The notes under the pieces were generated by a model. That model was not told the origin of the DNA and did no database searches. It was given only the letters and a program-made list of their open reading frames with translations. The position numbers and the translations under genes were made by a program. DNA of 64,000 bases from Heterodontus francisci (taxonomy: Eukaryota). Shown here piece by piece: positions 10,751 through 23,564 of the stretch (position 1 is its first letter; every line of letters starts with the position of its first letter). The DNA is taken from contig NC_090401.1 of NCBI RefSeq assembly GCF_036365525.1, forward strand, positions 31,207,036 to 31,271,035. Reading direction: 5' to 3'.

Positions 10751-12790
10751 GACTCATGCCAGGTAACCTGTGGGCCACCAGAGCACTGTTGATGCAGAGA
10801 CAACCCTGCCTTGGCAACTGAGCTTTTGACAATTCTCCTGGTGGACTCCGTGATAGTCCTCAGTACCCACCCTGCTGATAGTCGACCCTCTCATCAAGCA
10901 GCAAGGGCGACCAAACATCTCTCACAGCAGTTTGGTTACCCAATACAGCCCCCGCAAACCCAAGCCCAAGCGCATCCCTCTTGCAGAGCCCCCGAGACCC
11001 CAACTCCGCCCCCCTTGCTGAGCATACAGCAACATAGACTGACAATGTCCTCCGAACCCCCCTCTTTCCCGCTGCAGCATTGTTCATAGCTGCCTCCCTG
11101 TCATGGCACTGAGGCCTCTCGCATCGTTGTGGCCGGTGTTTTAACTGTCGTGAAACCGAAGCCGCCCGCTGTCCACTAAATCAAGAGCCAATCTTTAAAA
11201 TCGAGGTTAATTAGATGTAAATGCATTACAAACAACTGCTCAGCAATTTAAAATAGATTCCTGTCATATCAGGGCAGTAATGCTGCCTTGGTCCTTTCCT
11301 GCCGCTGGCAAAATCTGGGACCGTTGTCACAACACTGGATTTCCGGATGGATGGTTCTGATGCGATTCTCTGTTCCCCCATGCCACCACTCCCACTTTAA
11401 AGGGCCGCATTAAATTCTGCCCATGGTGACAGTCATTGCAGCTGTGTTGTGTTTCAATGATTCCATGTCAGTGCATTATTGCAAGCCGTGGCTTGAATGT
11501 ATGCCCCATTGGAATATAGTGATGTGAGGCAATGAGAGTTGCAAGCTTGCCTGAAGGTGTGGCACGGATGCATAGTGAAGGTGGAATAGGTCAGCTTGCA
11601 GCACCTTGTTACATGCAGTATTTTGCCATCAACTTGGTTCATGGTACTGTGGTTTTACCTTGAAGATTCCTTCAACTATTGAGCCTTCTCTATGTTATTC
11701 TGGGGTGTTTAAGATATTGTGCAGTGTTGAACCTGTCTGCCACCATCTCCATACCATACCCATACGTCAGCAGGGCACACATTCAAGACTAAAGGATAGG
11801 TTCCGGAGATGTGTTCAAAGTTGTGCTAACGTCTGCCTGTAAACCTAAGAATGCATTTTGATGACCTCAGCAAATGACATTTGATGGGGTGAAATTCGCC
11901 TTGGTCTAACAGTATGGATCTAGAACCTCTTTCTTGCCAAACATTTGGCTTAAACCAGCATCTCATTAGCACAAATTGCTCTCCCAGTCACTCTGACTTC
12001 CCCCGTAAGTATGAGAGAGAAGAAGAGAATTGATTGGAAAAGTTAACACAGGCACGGAGCCAATAGAATGGGTGTTTGAGGCATGCAAGTGCTGAAATGA
12101 TTAATCTACTCGCTTCCCAAGTCTTGACATTCCATCATTCAGTTATCTGCCCATTCTACATGAGATAAGGAGATAATAAAATGGAAGTTTTTTTTTAAAA
12201 GCTTGGATGTTAAAAAAAAAACTTACTGATTGGCAGTAACCCAAATATAATGTGAAGAGGATTCCAGTCTTTAGAAACAAGCAAAGGAACTTCTGTGTCT
12301 TAAAAAAATAAACACAAGTACAAATACATCTCAAACATGAAACCTCTTCAACTAGGATCTTAAAACAATCCATCGGTTTGAAAGAAGTTTACCTGGCCAT
12401 TAAAGCAACCATGAGATTTTCAAAATTGTACATAACAGGGTGTACTCCTGTAACACACAATTTAGTTAAAGGCAAAAAAAAAAGTCAGAAGTAAATGTAA
12501 AAGAAAAACTGATACAATTGCTCATTAATCCAGAATAGAGATAGTGAATGTTTCATGGCTAGAATTTTGGCTTGAAACGGGGTGTAGTTGACGATGATGG
12601 GAGATTAAAACCTACTGCCAGAGCTTAACTGCTGCATAATATCTTTCACACTGCTATATTCTGAAAGGCAAAACAGTCACAGAGAAAAGACATAATATTC
12701 AGAGCCTTTATTTATTTTCAGTCAGATTCTTCTTCATATACAGCATGTAAAGGAAAGATGTTCATTATTTTCAGTTGTCTTAAGGCACTT

Positions 12791-12876
12791 TTACTTTACG
12801 TAGCGTAGGATCGAACCTAGGAAAGCACCTGCAGTTCCCAACGCAATGTTGGCACCTGCAGAGAGTCCAGCGGCCC
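12791..12876 (-). CDS. IFI27L2: Gene B, terminal coding exon (G)AAGLSAGANIALGTAGAFLGSILRYVK*
   Basis: Acceptor tcttttctttaaag, typical IFI27 GAAGLS C-terminus, TAA at 12791 and AATAAA near 12710. Confidence 0.9.
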
Positions 12877-13284
12877 CTTTAAAGAAAAGAAAAATATAAA
12901 TGTGAATTAATTGCACACAATATGACATGTCAACAATTTGTTAATAATCAACAATTCTTATAATCCAGATCTAAACAGTATCCAGAGGAAAGATCAAAAC
13001 CCTATTATAACTGATTTTACCGTTAATTTCTTTATTTGTATTTACAATAAAGCCAACTCATTTATCATTAGCATGTTGTTGAGGTTAAAACATAATAGTA
13101 TTAACATTTATTGCAAAAGTGCCTTCTCGCTTCTATTAAAACTGTACTGATAAGTTTCCGAGACAATTGGGTAATATAAAAATTTATTCAGCACTATCAT
13201 AGATGCCCAGGAATTCAAATACTATCAGGGAGGCTTTAAACAAGAAAGATTGAGAAATGTTCATTACTTATCACTGAAGCTTAC

Positions 13285-13446
13285 CAGCAGACTGAAGGAC
13301 AGCCACCAGACTTCCAGCTGCTACACCTCCTCCATTGGCGACAGCTGCTGTAGACATCATACTTGATGCAATAGAACTGCCTGCTATTCCAGCGCTGGTA
13401 AATCCCACTGCTCCCAGAACCACTGGAGCAGCAACAATGGTTGTAA
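13285..13446 (-). CDS. IFI27L2: Gene B, 162-nt ISG12-domain exon (IFI27-like)
   Basis: (V)[53 protein letters not shown], bounded by ccttcag and gtaagc, phase 1-1. The symbol is family-level only. Confidence 0.95.
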
Positions 13447-14088
13447 CTGAAGGATGAAACATCCACATTTAAACACAACACATATACACACAGGAGCTTA
13501 ACAATATTGCCTAAAGCCTGATACATACAATTGTAGCATATCAGAATTCTTCCTGTCTGCAATGATGGTTTATTTCCTTTACAACATTTCAATCCAGTAT
13601 TTTGCAATATCAATTATATTTATAATAATCCAGATCCAAGATATGCTTCACAATTTTCCTCAAGATCCCCTATCTGGAATTTCCACAGGGGTGCTCCAGA
13701 TTATTTGCTGTAATTTTAGCAGAAAACCTACAGAAATGATACAAATGGCCACTTGTGCCTTTTCTTCAAGGTTTTTGCTTATATTCAAAAGTTATTGCAG
13801 ATAATCTGGAGAACTCCCATCAAAATTCTATCGCTCAACCTTGAACAGCACTGAAGCCGAATAGAGGTAGCAGAATTAAACAGCAGTTCAAGAATAACAG
13901 CTACCAACAAATGTATCTCATGATTCATTTTGTGATGCTTGGACTGAAAATTATAGAGGAACATCTATCAAATAGTAAAATATTGACTGCTTGCAGCAAT
14001 CTAATCATACTGTATGTAAAGGTAGTGCTGTAAGTTGTCACATTACGTGCACTGTGACTGAACTAATATTACTTATTAGAAATTAGTA

Positions 14089-15669
14089 TACGTAAGAAAG
14101 TTGTATAGGAGAAATTAATGGGGCTGAAGGTTGATAAGTCCCCAGGACCTGATATTCTATATCCCAGAGTGTTAAAAGAGGAAGCTATGGAAATAGTGGA
14201 TGCATTGGTGATCATCTTCCAAAATTCTATAGATTCTGGAGCAGTTCCTGCAGATTGGAAGGTTGCAAATGTCACCTGACTATTTAAGAAGGAAAGGAGA
14301 GAGAAAACAGGGAATAACAAACCTGTTAGCCTTACATTAGTCATTGGGAAAATGCTCGAATCCATTCTAAAGGATGTGATAAATGGACACTTGGATAATA
14401 ATGATCTGATTGGGAAATCATGTTTGATGAACCCGTTGGGATTTTTATTGAGGATGTTACGAACAGAATTGATAAAGGGGAGTCGGTGGATGTGGTATAC
14501 CTGGATTTTCAGAAGGCTTTTGATAAAGTCCCCCACAGGAGATTGGTTTGCAAAATTAAAGCACATGGGATAGGAGGTACTATACTGGCATTGATTAAGG
14601 ATTGGTTAACAGGCAGAAAGCAGAGAGTGGGAATAACTGGCTCATTCTCACGTTGGCAGGCTGTGACTAGTGGGATACGCGGGGATCAGTGTTTGAGCCC
14701 CAGCTCTGCACAATATCTAACATTGATTTGGATGTGGGAACCAAATGTAATATTTCCAAGTTCACGGATAACACAAAACTAGGTGGGAATGTGTGTTGTG
14801 AGGAAGATGCCAAGTAGCTTCAAGGGGATTTGGACAGACTTAATGAGTGGGCAAGAACATGGCAGATGGAATATAATGTGGAAAAATGTGAGGTTATCCA
14901 CTTGGGTAGGAGGAATAGATGTGCAGAGTATTTCTTAAATGCTAAGAGATTAGAAGGTGTAGACGTACAAAGGGACCTCGGTGTCCTTGTCAATAAGTCA
15001 CTGAAAGCTAACACGCAGGTGCAGCAAGCAATTAGGAAGGCTAATGGTATGTTAGCCTTTATCGCAAGAGGATTTGAGTACAGGAGTAGTAAAATCTTGC
15101 TTCAATTGTATAGAACATTGGTTAGACTGCACTTGGAGTACTGCGTGCAGTTTTGGTCCCCTTACCTTAGGAAGGGTATTATTGCCATAGAGGGAGTGCA
15201 ACACCAGACTTGTTCCCGGGATGGCAGGACTGTCCTATGAAGAGAGATTGGGGAAACTGGGCCTGTATTCTCTTGAGTTTCGAAGAATGAGAGTAATCTC
15301 ATTGAAACCTACAAAATACTTAAAGGGATAGACAGGGTAGATGCAGCTAAGATGTTTCCCCTGGTTGGGGAGTCTCGTACCAGGGGACACAATTTCAAAA
15401 TAAGGGGGAAGCTTAGGTCAGAGATGAGGAAAAATTTCTTTACTCAGAGGGTTGTGAATCTTTGGAATTCACAACCCCAGAGGGCTGTGAAAACTCAGTC
15501 ATTGAGTATGTTTAAAGCAGAGATTGACAAATTTGTAAATACAAATGACATAAGGGGATATGAGGATATTGTGGGAAAAAGGCATTAAAGTGGATGATCA
15601 GCCATGATCATACTGAATGGCGGGGCAGGCTCGATGGGCTGAATGGCCTACTCCTGCTCCTATGTTCCT
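14089..15669 (+). mobile_element. CR1 LINE, 5'-truncated RT remnant
   Basis: VDVVYLDFQKAFDKVPHRRL, WQMEYNVEKC and LEYCVQFWSP motifs, plus a CR1 3' tail ending ctcctatgttcct. Confidence 0.92.
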
Positions 15670-16596
15670 AAACTGTGATAGTCCCATTGTACACCATAAC
15701 TTCCTACCGTGTCCTTCCTTCTTTAGTTGATACAGCTGCTGAATTACTTGAAAATAATATATTACATCACTGTTGTCTACTTTAAACATATCAGGGGTGA
15801 TCTAAACCGGCCCACCCAGCAGAAACTAGGTGGGTGGGAGTTAAAATTGACCAGGTAACTTACCCAACAGAAATCCATCAGGGATTCACTGATTTGAATT
15901 TTAACCTGCTCTACTGAATAGGTGTCAAGAACACAAGTCCAAAGCCAGCTCAGGCCTTCTTTACATATGCGTGTCAGGTCCTGATGACATCAGGATCCAA
16001 CTGCAACTTTAACTGCTGTCATGAGCAGCGATACCGTTGTAGATTTTCTGCGATTTGAAGAAGGAGCTCCAGGCAGAAGAGGCCCATAGAAATAAAGCGT
16101 TTTTGCTTTTCTTGTGAGGCCTAGAGGTGCAGGAGTGCTTTTCCAGACACCGCAAGGAAATATTTTGGGCCTCAGTTGCCGCAGACTCCTACCAAAATTC
16201 TTTCCCCAAAACGAGACCCCTGGGAGACTGCCCTCGAAGTTGATCCTGTCTAGTTGTCTGTTGGGTGGTCTCTAAACCGCCAATCGAGCTATGGACTGCT
16301 AGTTTTCCAGTTTCCTTCTAAGAAATTGGGTTCTGGATCATGCTTTGGTGGTGTGAGGGTCGGGAGCTGGGGAATAGGAACAGAAGTAGCTGGCGAAAGG
16401 GATAAGAAATAAATGGCTATGGCTTCCACTACCCACCGCATCTGAAAATAAAAACATATGGGAGCAGAAGAACATAGAGAAACAAGCAAAAAAAGAAAAT
16501 CAAGTTCTGGCAAGAGATGGAGTAAAAAAGTAGAATGTGAGAGCGATAGAGAGTGAAATAGCAACACAAATATGACATGGATAGATGCAAGACTAT

Positions 16597-19035
16597 ATAG
16601 AGTCATAGAGTTATACAGCACAGAAACAGGCCCTTCAGTCCACCGTGTCTCTCCCGGCCATCAAGCACCTAACTATTCTAATCCCATTTTCCTGCACTTG
16701 GCCCGTAGCCTTGTATGCTATGGCGTTTCAAGTGCTCATCTAAATACTTCTTAAATGTTGTAAGGGTTCCTGCCTCTACCACCTCTTCAGGCAGTGCGTT
16801 CCAGATTCCAACCACCCTCTGGGTGAAAAGTTTTTCCTCAAATCCCCTCTAAACCACCTGCCCCTTACCCTAAATCAACACCCCCTGGTTATCGACCCCT
16901 CTGCTAACGGACAAAGTTTCTTCCTATCTAACCTATCAATGCCCCTCAATTTTATATACCTCAATCAGCTGCGCCCTCAGCCTTCTCTGCTCTAAGGAAA
17001 ACAACCCGAGCCTTTTCAGTCTCTCTTCATAGCTGAAATGCTCCAGCCCAGACAACATCCTGGTGAATCTCCTCTGCACCCTCTCCAGTGCAATCACATC
17101 CTTCCATAGTGTGGTGCCCAGAACTGTATACAGTACTTCAGCTGTGGCCTAACTAGTGTTTTATACAGATAACCTCCCTGCTCTTATATTCTATGCCTTA
17201 GCTAATAAAGGCAAGTATCCCATATGCCTTCCTAACCACCTTATCTACCTGTGTTGCTGCCTTCAGTGATATATGGACAAGTACACCCAGGTCCCTCTGA
17301 CCCTCTGTACTTCCTAGGATCCTACCATCCATTGTATATGCCCTTGCCTTGTTAGTCCTCCCAAAATGCATCACCTCACACTCCTCAGGATTAAATTCCA
17401 TTTACCACTGCTCCGCCCATCTATATCGTCCTGTAATCTAAGGCTTTCCTCCTCACTATTTACGACACCACCAATTTTCATGTCATCTGCGAACCTACTG
17501 AGAGGATTTGAAAATTTGTGTCAGAGCCCCTGCCATCTCCTCCCTTGCCTCACATAACAGCCTGGGATACATCTCATTTGGGCCTGGGGATTTATCCACT
17601 GTTAAGCCTGCTAAAACTGCAGAAAAGATTCACAAGGATGTTGCCTGGTTTGGAGGGCTTGAGTTATAAAGAGAAATTGGATAGGCTGTGTCTGTTTTCC
17701 CTGGAGCAAAGAAGGCTGAGAAGGGTCATGCTAGAGGTATATAAAATTATGAGAGGCATAAATAGGGTAGACAGCCAGAGTCTGTTTCCCATGGTAGGGG
17801 TGACTAAAACTAGAGGGCATAGATTTAAGGTGAAAGGGAGGAGGTTTAAAAGGGATCAAAGGGGTACATTTTTCACACAAAGAATAGTGGGTATTTGGAA
17901 TGAGCTGCCTGAGGAGGTGGAGGAGGCAAGAACAGTAGCAACATTTAAGAGGCATCTGGACAGGTACTTGAATGAGCAAGGCATAGAGGGATATGGAATT
18001 AATGCAGGCAGGTGGGATTAGTATAGATAGGCATTATGGTCGGCATGGACGTGGTGGGCCGAAGGGCCTGTTTCTATGCTGTACGACTCTATGACTTTCA
18101 ATGCTAATATGTTCAAGTATATCACAATCCCCCTCCCTGATCTCTGCACCTACATTGTCCTTCTCCATAATGAACACAGATGAAAAGTAATCATTTAAAG
18201 CCTCACCAATGTCCTCCGGCTCCGCACACAGATTGCCACTTTGGTCCCTAATGGGCTCTACGCTTTCCCTGATTATCCTCTTGCCCTGAATATAGTTATA
18301 AAACGCCTTGGGATTTTCCTTTATCTTGCTCGCCATTGGTTTTTTCATGTCCCCTCTTCGCTCTCCTAATTACTTTTTTTAAGTACCCCCCTACACTTTC
18401 TATACTCCTCTAAGACCTCCACTGTTTCTAGCACTCTGAATCTGCCATAAGCCTCCTTTTTTTCTTCCTTATCCAATCCTCTATATCCCTTGACATCCAG
18501 GGTTCCCTGGACTTGTTGGTCCTATCCTTCACCTTAATGGTTACATGTTGGCTCTGAACTCTCACTATTTCTTCTTTGAATGACTCCCACTGGTCTGATG
18601 TAGACTTTCCTACAAGTAGCTGCTCCCAGCCCACTTTGGCCAGTTTTATCATATTGAAATTGGCCTTCCCCCAATACAGTACCTTTATTACCAGTCCCTT
18701 TTTGTCCTTTTCCATAACTGCCTTAAATCTTAGCGTTACGGTCACTATCCCCGAAATGCTCCCCCACTGATACTTCTACCACTTGTCCGGCTTCATTCCC
18801 TAGGACTAGGTCCAGTACTGCCCCTTCTCTTGTAGGACTTTCTACGTGCTGGCTCAAAAAGTTCGCCCGTATGCATTTTAAAAATTCCACCCCCTTTTAG
18901 CCTTTTGCACTAAGACTATCCCAGTTGATATCGGGGAAGTTGAAATCCCCTATTATTACCCTATTATTTTTACACCTCTCAGAAATTTGCCCATATATCT
19001 GCTCCTCTATCTCTCCCTGGCTGTTTGGAGGACTG
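16597..19035 (-). mobile_element. CR1 LINE (internally deleted), interrupted by an opposite-strand CR1
   Basis: EN-domain GDFNFPDINW, IKENPKAFY and MEFNPEECEVMHFG motifs, with a ctctatgactctat tail near 16600. Confidence 0.88.
17617..18093 (+). mobile_element. CR1 3' fragment nested in the minus-strand CR1
   Basis: QKRFTRMLPGL...FFTQRIVGIWNELP with tail gactctatgact. The host element resumes at 18094. Confidence 0.85.
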
Positions 19036-19319
19036 TAATATAAAAAGAACTTGCATTTATATAACACCTTGCATGACCGCAGTACTTCCAAAAGTGGTTA
19101 ACAACAAATGAGGTACTTTTCTGAGATGCAGTCAGTGTCATAATGTAAAAAATGCAGCAGTTAATTTTCACACAGCAAGGTCCCACTAATATCAATGAGG
19201 TAATGACCAGACAATCTGTTTTAGTGATGCTAAAGGATAAATGTTGTCCAGGACACTGGGAGAACTGCCCTGTACTTCTTTTAATTGAACCATGGGATTT
19301 TATACATTTTTTGAAATTT

Positions 19320-20590
19320 ATTAATTCAAGGATGTGGACATGGCTGGAATGGCCAGCATTTATTGGCCATCCTTAACTGTTCCTGAGAAGGTGGTGGTGA
19401 GCTGTCCTCTTGAACCACTGCAGTCCATGTGCTGAAGGTACTCCCACAGTGCAATTAGACAGGAAGTTCCAAGATTTTGACCCAGTGACCATGAAGGAAA
19501 AGTGATACAGTTCCAAGTTAGGATGGTGTGTGATTTGGGAGGGGAACTTGGAGCTGTTGGTGTTCCCATGAGCCTGCTGCCCTTGCACTACAAGGTGGTA
19601 GAGGCTGGGTGTTTGGAAGGTGCTGTCTAAGGAGCCTTGGTGAGTTGCTGCAGTGCATCTTGTAGATGGTACACACGGCGACCAAGTTGTTCTGGTGGTG
19701 GAGGGAGTAAATGTTTAAGGTGGTGGATGGGGTACAGATCAAATGGGCTGCTTTGTCATAAACGTTGTTGAGCTGTATGAGTGTTGTTAGAGCTGCACTC
19801 ATCCAGGCAAGTGGAGAGTACTCCAACACACTCCTGACTTGTGCCTTTTAGATGGTGGACAGGCTTTGGGGAGTCACGAGGGGAGAGTTACTCACCACAG
19901 AATTTCCAGCCTCCGACCTGCTCTTGCAGTCACAGTATTTGTATGGCTGGTTCTGTTAAGTTCCTTGTCAATGATAACCACAGAATATTGATGGTAGGGG
20001 ATTCATTGATGGTAATAACATTGAATAACAAGGGGAGTTGGTTAGACTGTCTCTTGTTGGAAATGGTCATTGTTTGGCACTTGTGTGGCATGAAAGTTAC
20101 TTGCCAATTATCAGCACAAGTCTGGATGTTGTCCAGGTCTTGCTGCATTTGGTTATAATTTGCTTCAATATCTGAGAGATTGAGAATGCAATTAACATTA
20201 TGCAATCACTAACAAACATCCCGACTTCTGACCTTACAATGGAGTGAAGATCATTGATGGAGCAGCTGAAGACGGTTGGGCCTAAGCCACTACCCTGAGT
20301 GATGTCTGGAGGCTCAGATGATTTGTCTCGAACAGCCACAAACATCTTAATTTGTACTAGGTAACACTGAAGCCAGTGGAGATTTCTCTCTGAATTCCCA
20401 ATGATTTCAATTTTACTAGGGCTCCTTGATACTGCACTCGATCAAATGTTGCCCCGATGTCAAGGGCAGTCACTCTCATTTCATGTCTAAAATTCAGCTT
20501 TTTTGTCCGTATTTGAATCAAGGCTGTAATGAGTTCTGGAGCTGAGGGTCCTGGTGAAACCTCAATTCAGTATCAGTGAGCAGGTTATTG
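19320..20590 (-). mobile_element. CR1/L2-clade LINE RT remnant
   Basis: QGSGLGPTVFSCSINDL, MQQDLDNIQ..ADNWQVTF and LEYSPLAWMSAA motifs. Confidence 0.8.
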
Positions 20591-20928
20591 GTGATCAAAC
20601 TCGGTTTAACAGCTCATCTGAAAGATGACACCTCCGACAATTCCGCACTCCCTCAGTACTGCAAAGATGTATCAGCCGAGGTTATTTGCTCAAGTCTCTG
20701 GAGTGGAAATTGAACATACGACCTTCTGACTCCGAGTCGATATCCTCCGACTAACAATGAGCAATGCAATGGGAGATCTACTAATTTCTTTTGTAAATTT
20801 TTGAGAGCATTGTCACACTTTGTGTAATGTGCAATACTGCTGTTAGATCCACTTCAGTAGTCCCCTTCCTAGGATGTTTTTGTCTATTATTTAAAAATAT
20901 ATATATTTTGCAGTCAAATAGTGCTTAC

Positions 20929-20965
20929 CTGCACCTATAGCTGCAGCTCCAGCTATCCACAACAT
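20929..20965 (-). CDS. IFI27L2: Gene B, first coding exon MLWIAGAAAIGA
   Basis: Exon 20929-20986 with acceptor tttacag, atcATG and donor G|gtaagc in phase 1. Joins the other two exons to give 37+162+86 nt, or 94 aa plus stop. Confidence 0.85.
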
Positions 20966-21126
20966 GATAATCTGCTAATTTGCACACTGTAAACTTAAAA
21001 AAAGTCTTTCATTAGAGGGGAATAAATAAATAAATAATAAAAACCAGTAGATGTATTTGAATTTCCAAAAGGGAATTGATAAGGTGCCACATAAAAAGGT
21101 TATTACACAAGATAAGAGCTCATGAT

Positions 21127-21654
21127 GGGCTGGATTTTGTGGAGGAGGCGGGGCTTCCTGCCTCAGCCTTTTCATGTCCCACCCCGCCCCCCCCACCCTC
21201 TGTTGTTTTCCTGTCCGAGTGTCCCGCGCCAGCATCCCTGTCCCTTGGAGGATCCTGCCTCCAAGAGCTGCCGGCCAATCACTGGGAGCAGTGGCCACTG
21301 CCGGTATTGCAGAAGCCTGGGACCCAGGCCCAGCGCTGGAACCCCAGACCTCAGGTAAGAGAGGAGGGGTTGCTGAGGCCAGTCCGGAAGGCCGCAGCGA
21401 GTGGGGTTGCAGGGGGGGGGGGGGGGTGGGGGTGGGTGCGGTGGTGGTCATAAAGCCCAGGAGGAGTGGAGCCCTGGGAGGTGCATTGTTTTCCAGCCAG
21501 GGCCCTCCATGAACCACAGATTGCCCATAGAGGAGGGCCCCACCCCCAAGCCACAGGTAGGTTCCTCGTTTTACAAGGCAACACCCCCTGACCCCATTAA
21601 TAGGCCACTTAAGGGCCTAGTGACAGGCGGGTGGTGAACTATAAAATCCAGCCC
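21127..21654. mobile_element. GC-rich MITE (probable non-autonomous Harbinger)
   Basis: TIRs gggctggatttt and aaaatccagccc. Splits a CR1 fragment. The 3-bp flanks are gat and aat. Confidence 0.8.
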
Positions 21655-23564
21655 AATATTGGCACTAATATATTACACATGGACAGAGGATAGAGCATCG
21701 GTGTCCAAACTTTTTGCATGAGGGGCCACATTACAATTTTTGTCCTACGTAGGGGTGAACAAATTTCGGAAAGTTAAAGGCATTAGAAACGTATCTTACA
21801 AGAATAATGTCGCTTGATATTGTATTCCTTGAAAACAGCTACCTTCTTGTCACATCAGACACAATATGGCCCTCGTTGTCCAAGAGTGTTTGAATGCTCG
21901 ACATTCAGGATCAATTTTCCTTTCCTTGCTGTATTCATGAGCCGCCATCTTTCTTTCGATAAGTATTTTGGGTAAACACTGTTTGAGATAGATATCAGGG
22001 CTCCTGCTCTCGCTCCTGGTTGAAGGGGCTCCCGGTTAAATGGGCTCGGCTCTCTCTCTTGGTTAAATGGGCACTGCCAGCTTGTTGGGTTATCGCCTGG
22101 GGCCCTGGCAATTTCACTCTGCCAGACGGCAGGGGCGGGCAAAAAGGAGGTAGTGAGCGTCTTCAACCTTCCCTGGTGGCTAGAAACTTCAACAGCCTGG
22201 CGCTGCTCCACTCCTCTCCCCAGCTCTCTTCAGACTTTAACATGTCCAGCAAAGCATTGCGTGTCTGCCATTATTAGTCCATCAGCCACTACTTAGGCAC
22301 TGCAACTCCAATATTAGTTCAGATTGGCGAACCGAATAGAAACCTTTGGTGGGTCTGATAAAAGGAGGCAGCCTTCTGACAGCTGGGGGGTCCTCCTGAT
22401 CGGTCAACCTGAGCCCGATGGAGGGCCACCCCTGAAGCCCCAACTACCCCCATCGCCCAACACGCACCACCCCCACCCTCCACCCCTTGTCGCCTATCCG
22501 TCCTCCCTTGCCTCACCAGGGCCCGACCGATTGCCCCCGCAATCTTCAGCTGGGTTGCAGTGCCAACAGTGGCCATCGCTCCCACTGATTGGCCGGCAGC
22601 TCCATTAGGCAGCACTTCCTGCCTCAATGAGGTGGAAGTTTCGCCCAAGACCAATTAAAGGCCTGGGGACCTGAAAGTCCGGTCTGGATCCCATGCCTGG
22701 TGGAGGCGGGATCACCACCAACTCTTGGGTTGGCGGACGGCTTCCCCATGCCCACCATAAAATTCCAGCCAGCACCTCAAGACAGTTCAACACTCCACTG
22801 GAGTGTCAGCTTTGAGTTTTGTGCTTGGAGTGGAACTTCAACCCACAACCTTCTGACTCAGAGGAGAGAATGTTACCAACCAAATGCAGCCGACACCTAA
22901 TCCTAAATCCTAATATGACACAAGGTTGTAAGTTAGTAATTTTTTAAGATTAAAGTTGCTGGGACTGAGGAGCTGCCAGCCTGCTGATTGGTGATTGGCC
23001 AGCAGCTCCTGGAGGTGGGACTTCCTGCCTCAAAAGGGTGGAAGACCAAGCCAATGCCAATTAAGGGCATGAGCCACCCAAAAATCGTTGTGTGGTTTCC
23101 AGACCCGGCGGAGCTGGTCTCACACCCCTCTCCCCCCCCCCCACCTGCCGGAATTTTACATTGGGCTGGAAGCCCCGCCCACTGGCCATAATTTCAAGGG
23201 AGAGCCTACCTCCGCCGAGCCTGGAAGCCTCGTTATGATTTTACGTGGCCCAGGCCCTTAATTGGCCTTGGGCGGGACTTCTGTCCCTCTGAGGCAGTAA
23301 GTCCCTCCTCCAGAAGCTGCCAACCAATCAGCAAGCTGGCAGCTCTCAGTCCCAGTAGCGCCACCAAGAGAAGTGGCCACTGCTAGGATTACACCCAGCC
23401 AGAAGTGCGCGCCAAACCCAGATTGAAGGCAAGTGTGTGGGGCCTTGCCGGGGACATTTGTCTGGGCCCCAACGAGGCAAAGTGAGAGTCAGTTGTGGGG
23501 GTGGGGGTGGAAATGTAGTGCAGTGGGGGTGGTTTGTGCCATGGGGGGGGGGGGAATACAAGGG

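Larger units (their letters stand above)
7052..11422. mobile_element. PIF/Harbinger DNA transposon (decayed autonomous copy) with convergent Myb/SANT and transposase genes
   Basis: Two-gene Harbinger layout. Right terminus aaattctgccc, with imperfect inverted similarity between about 7052-7140 and 11330-11422. The left end is approximate. Confidence 0.85.
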
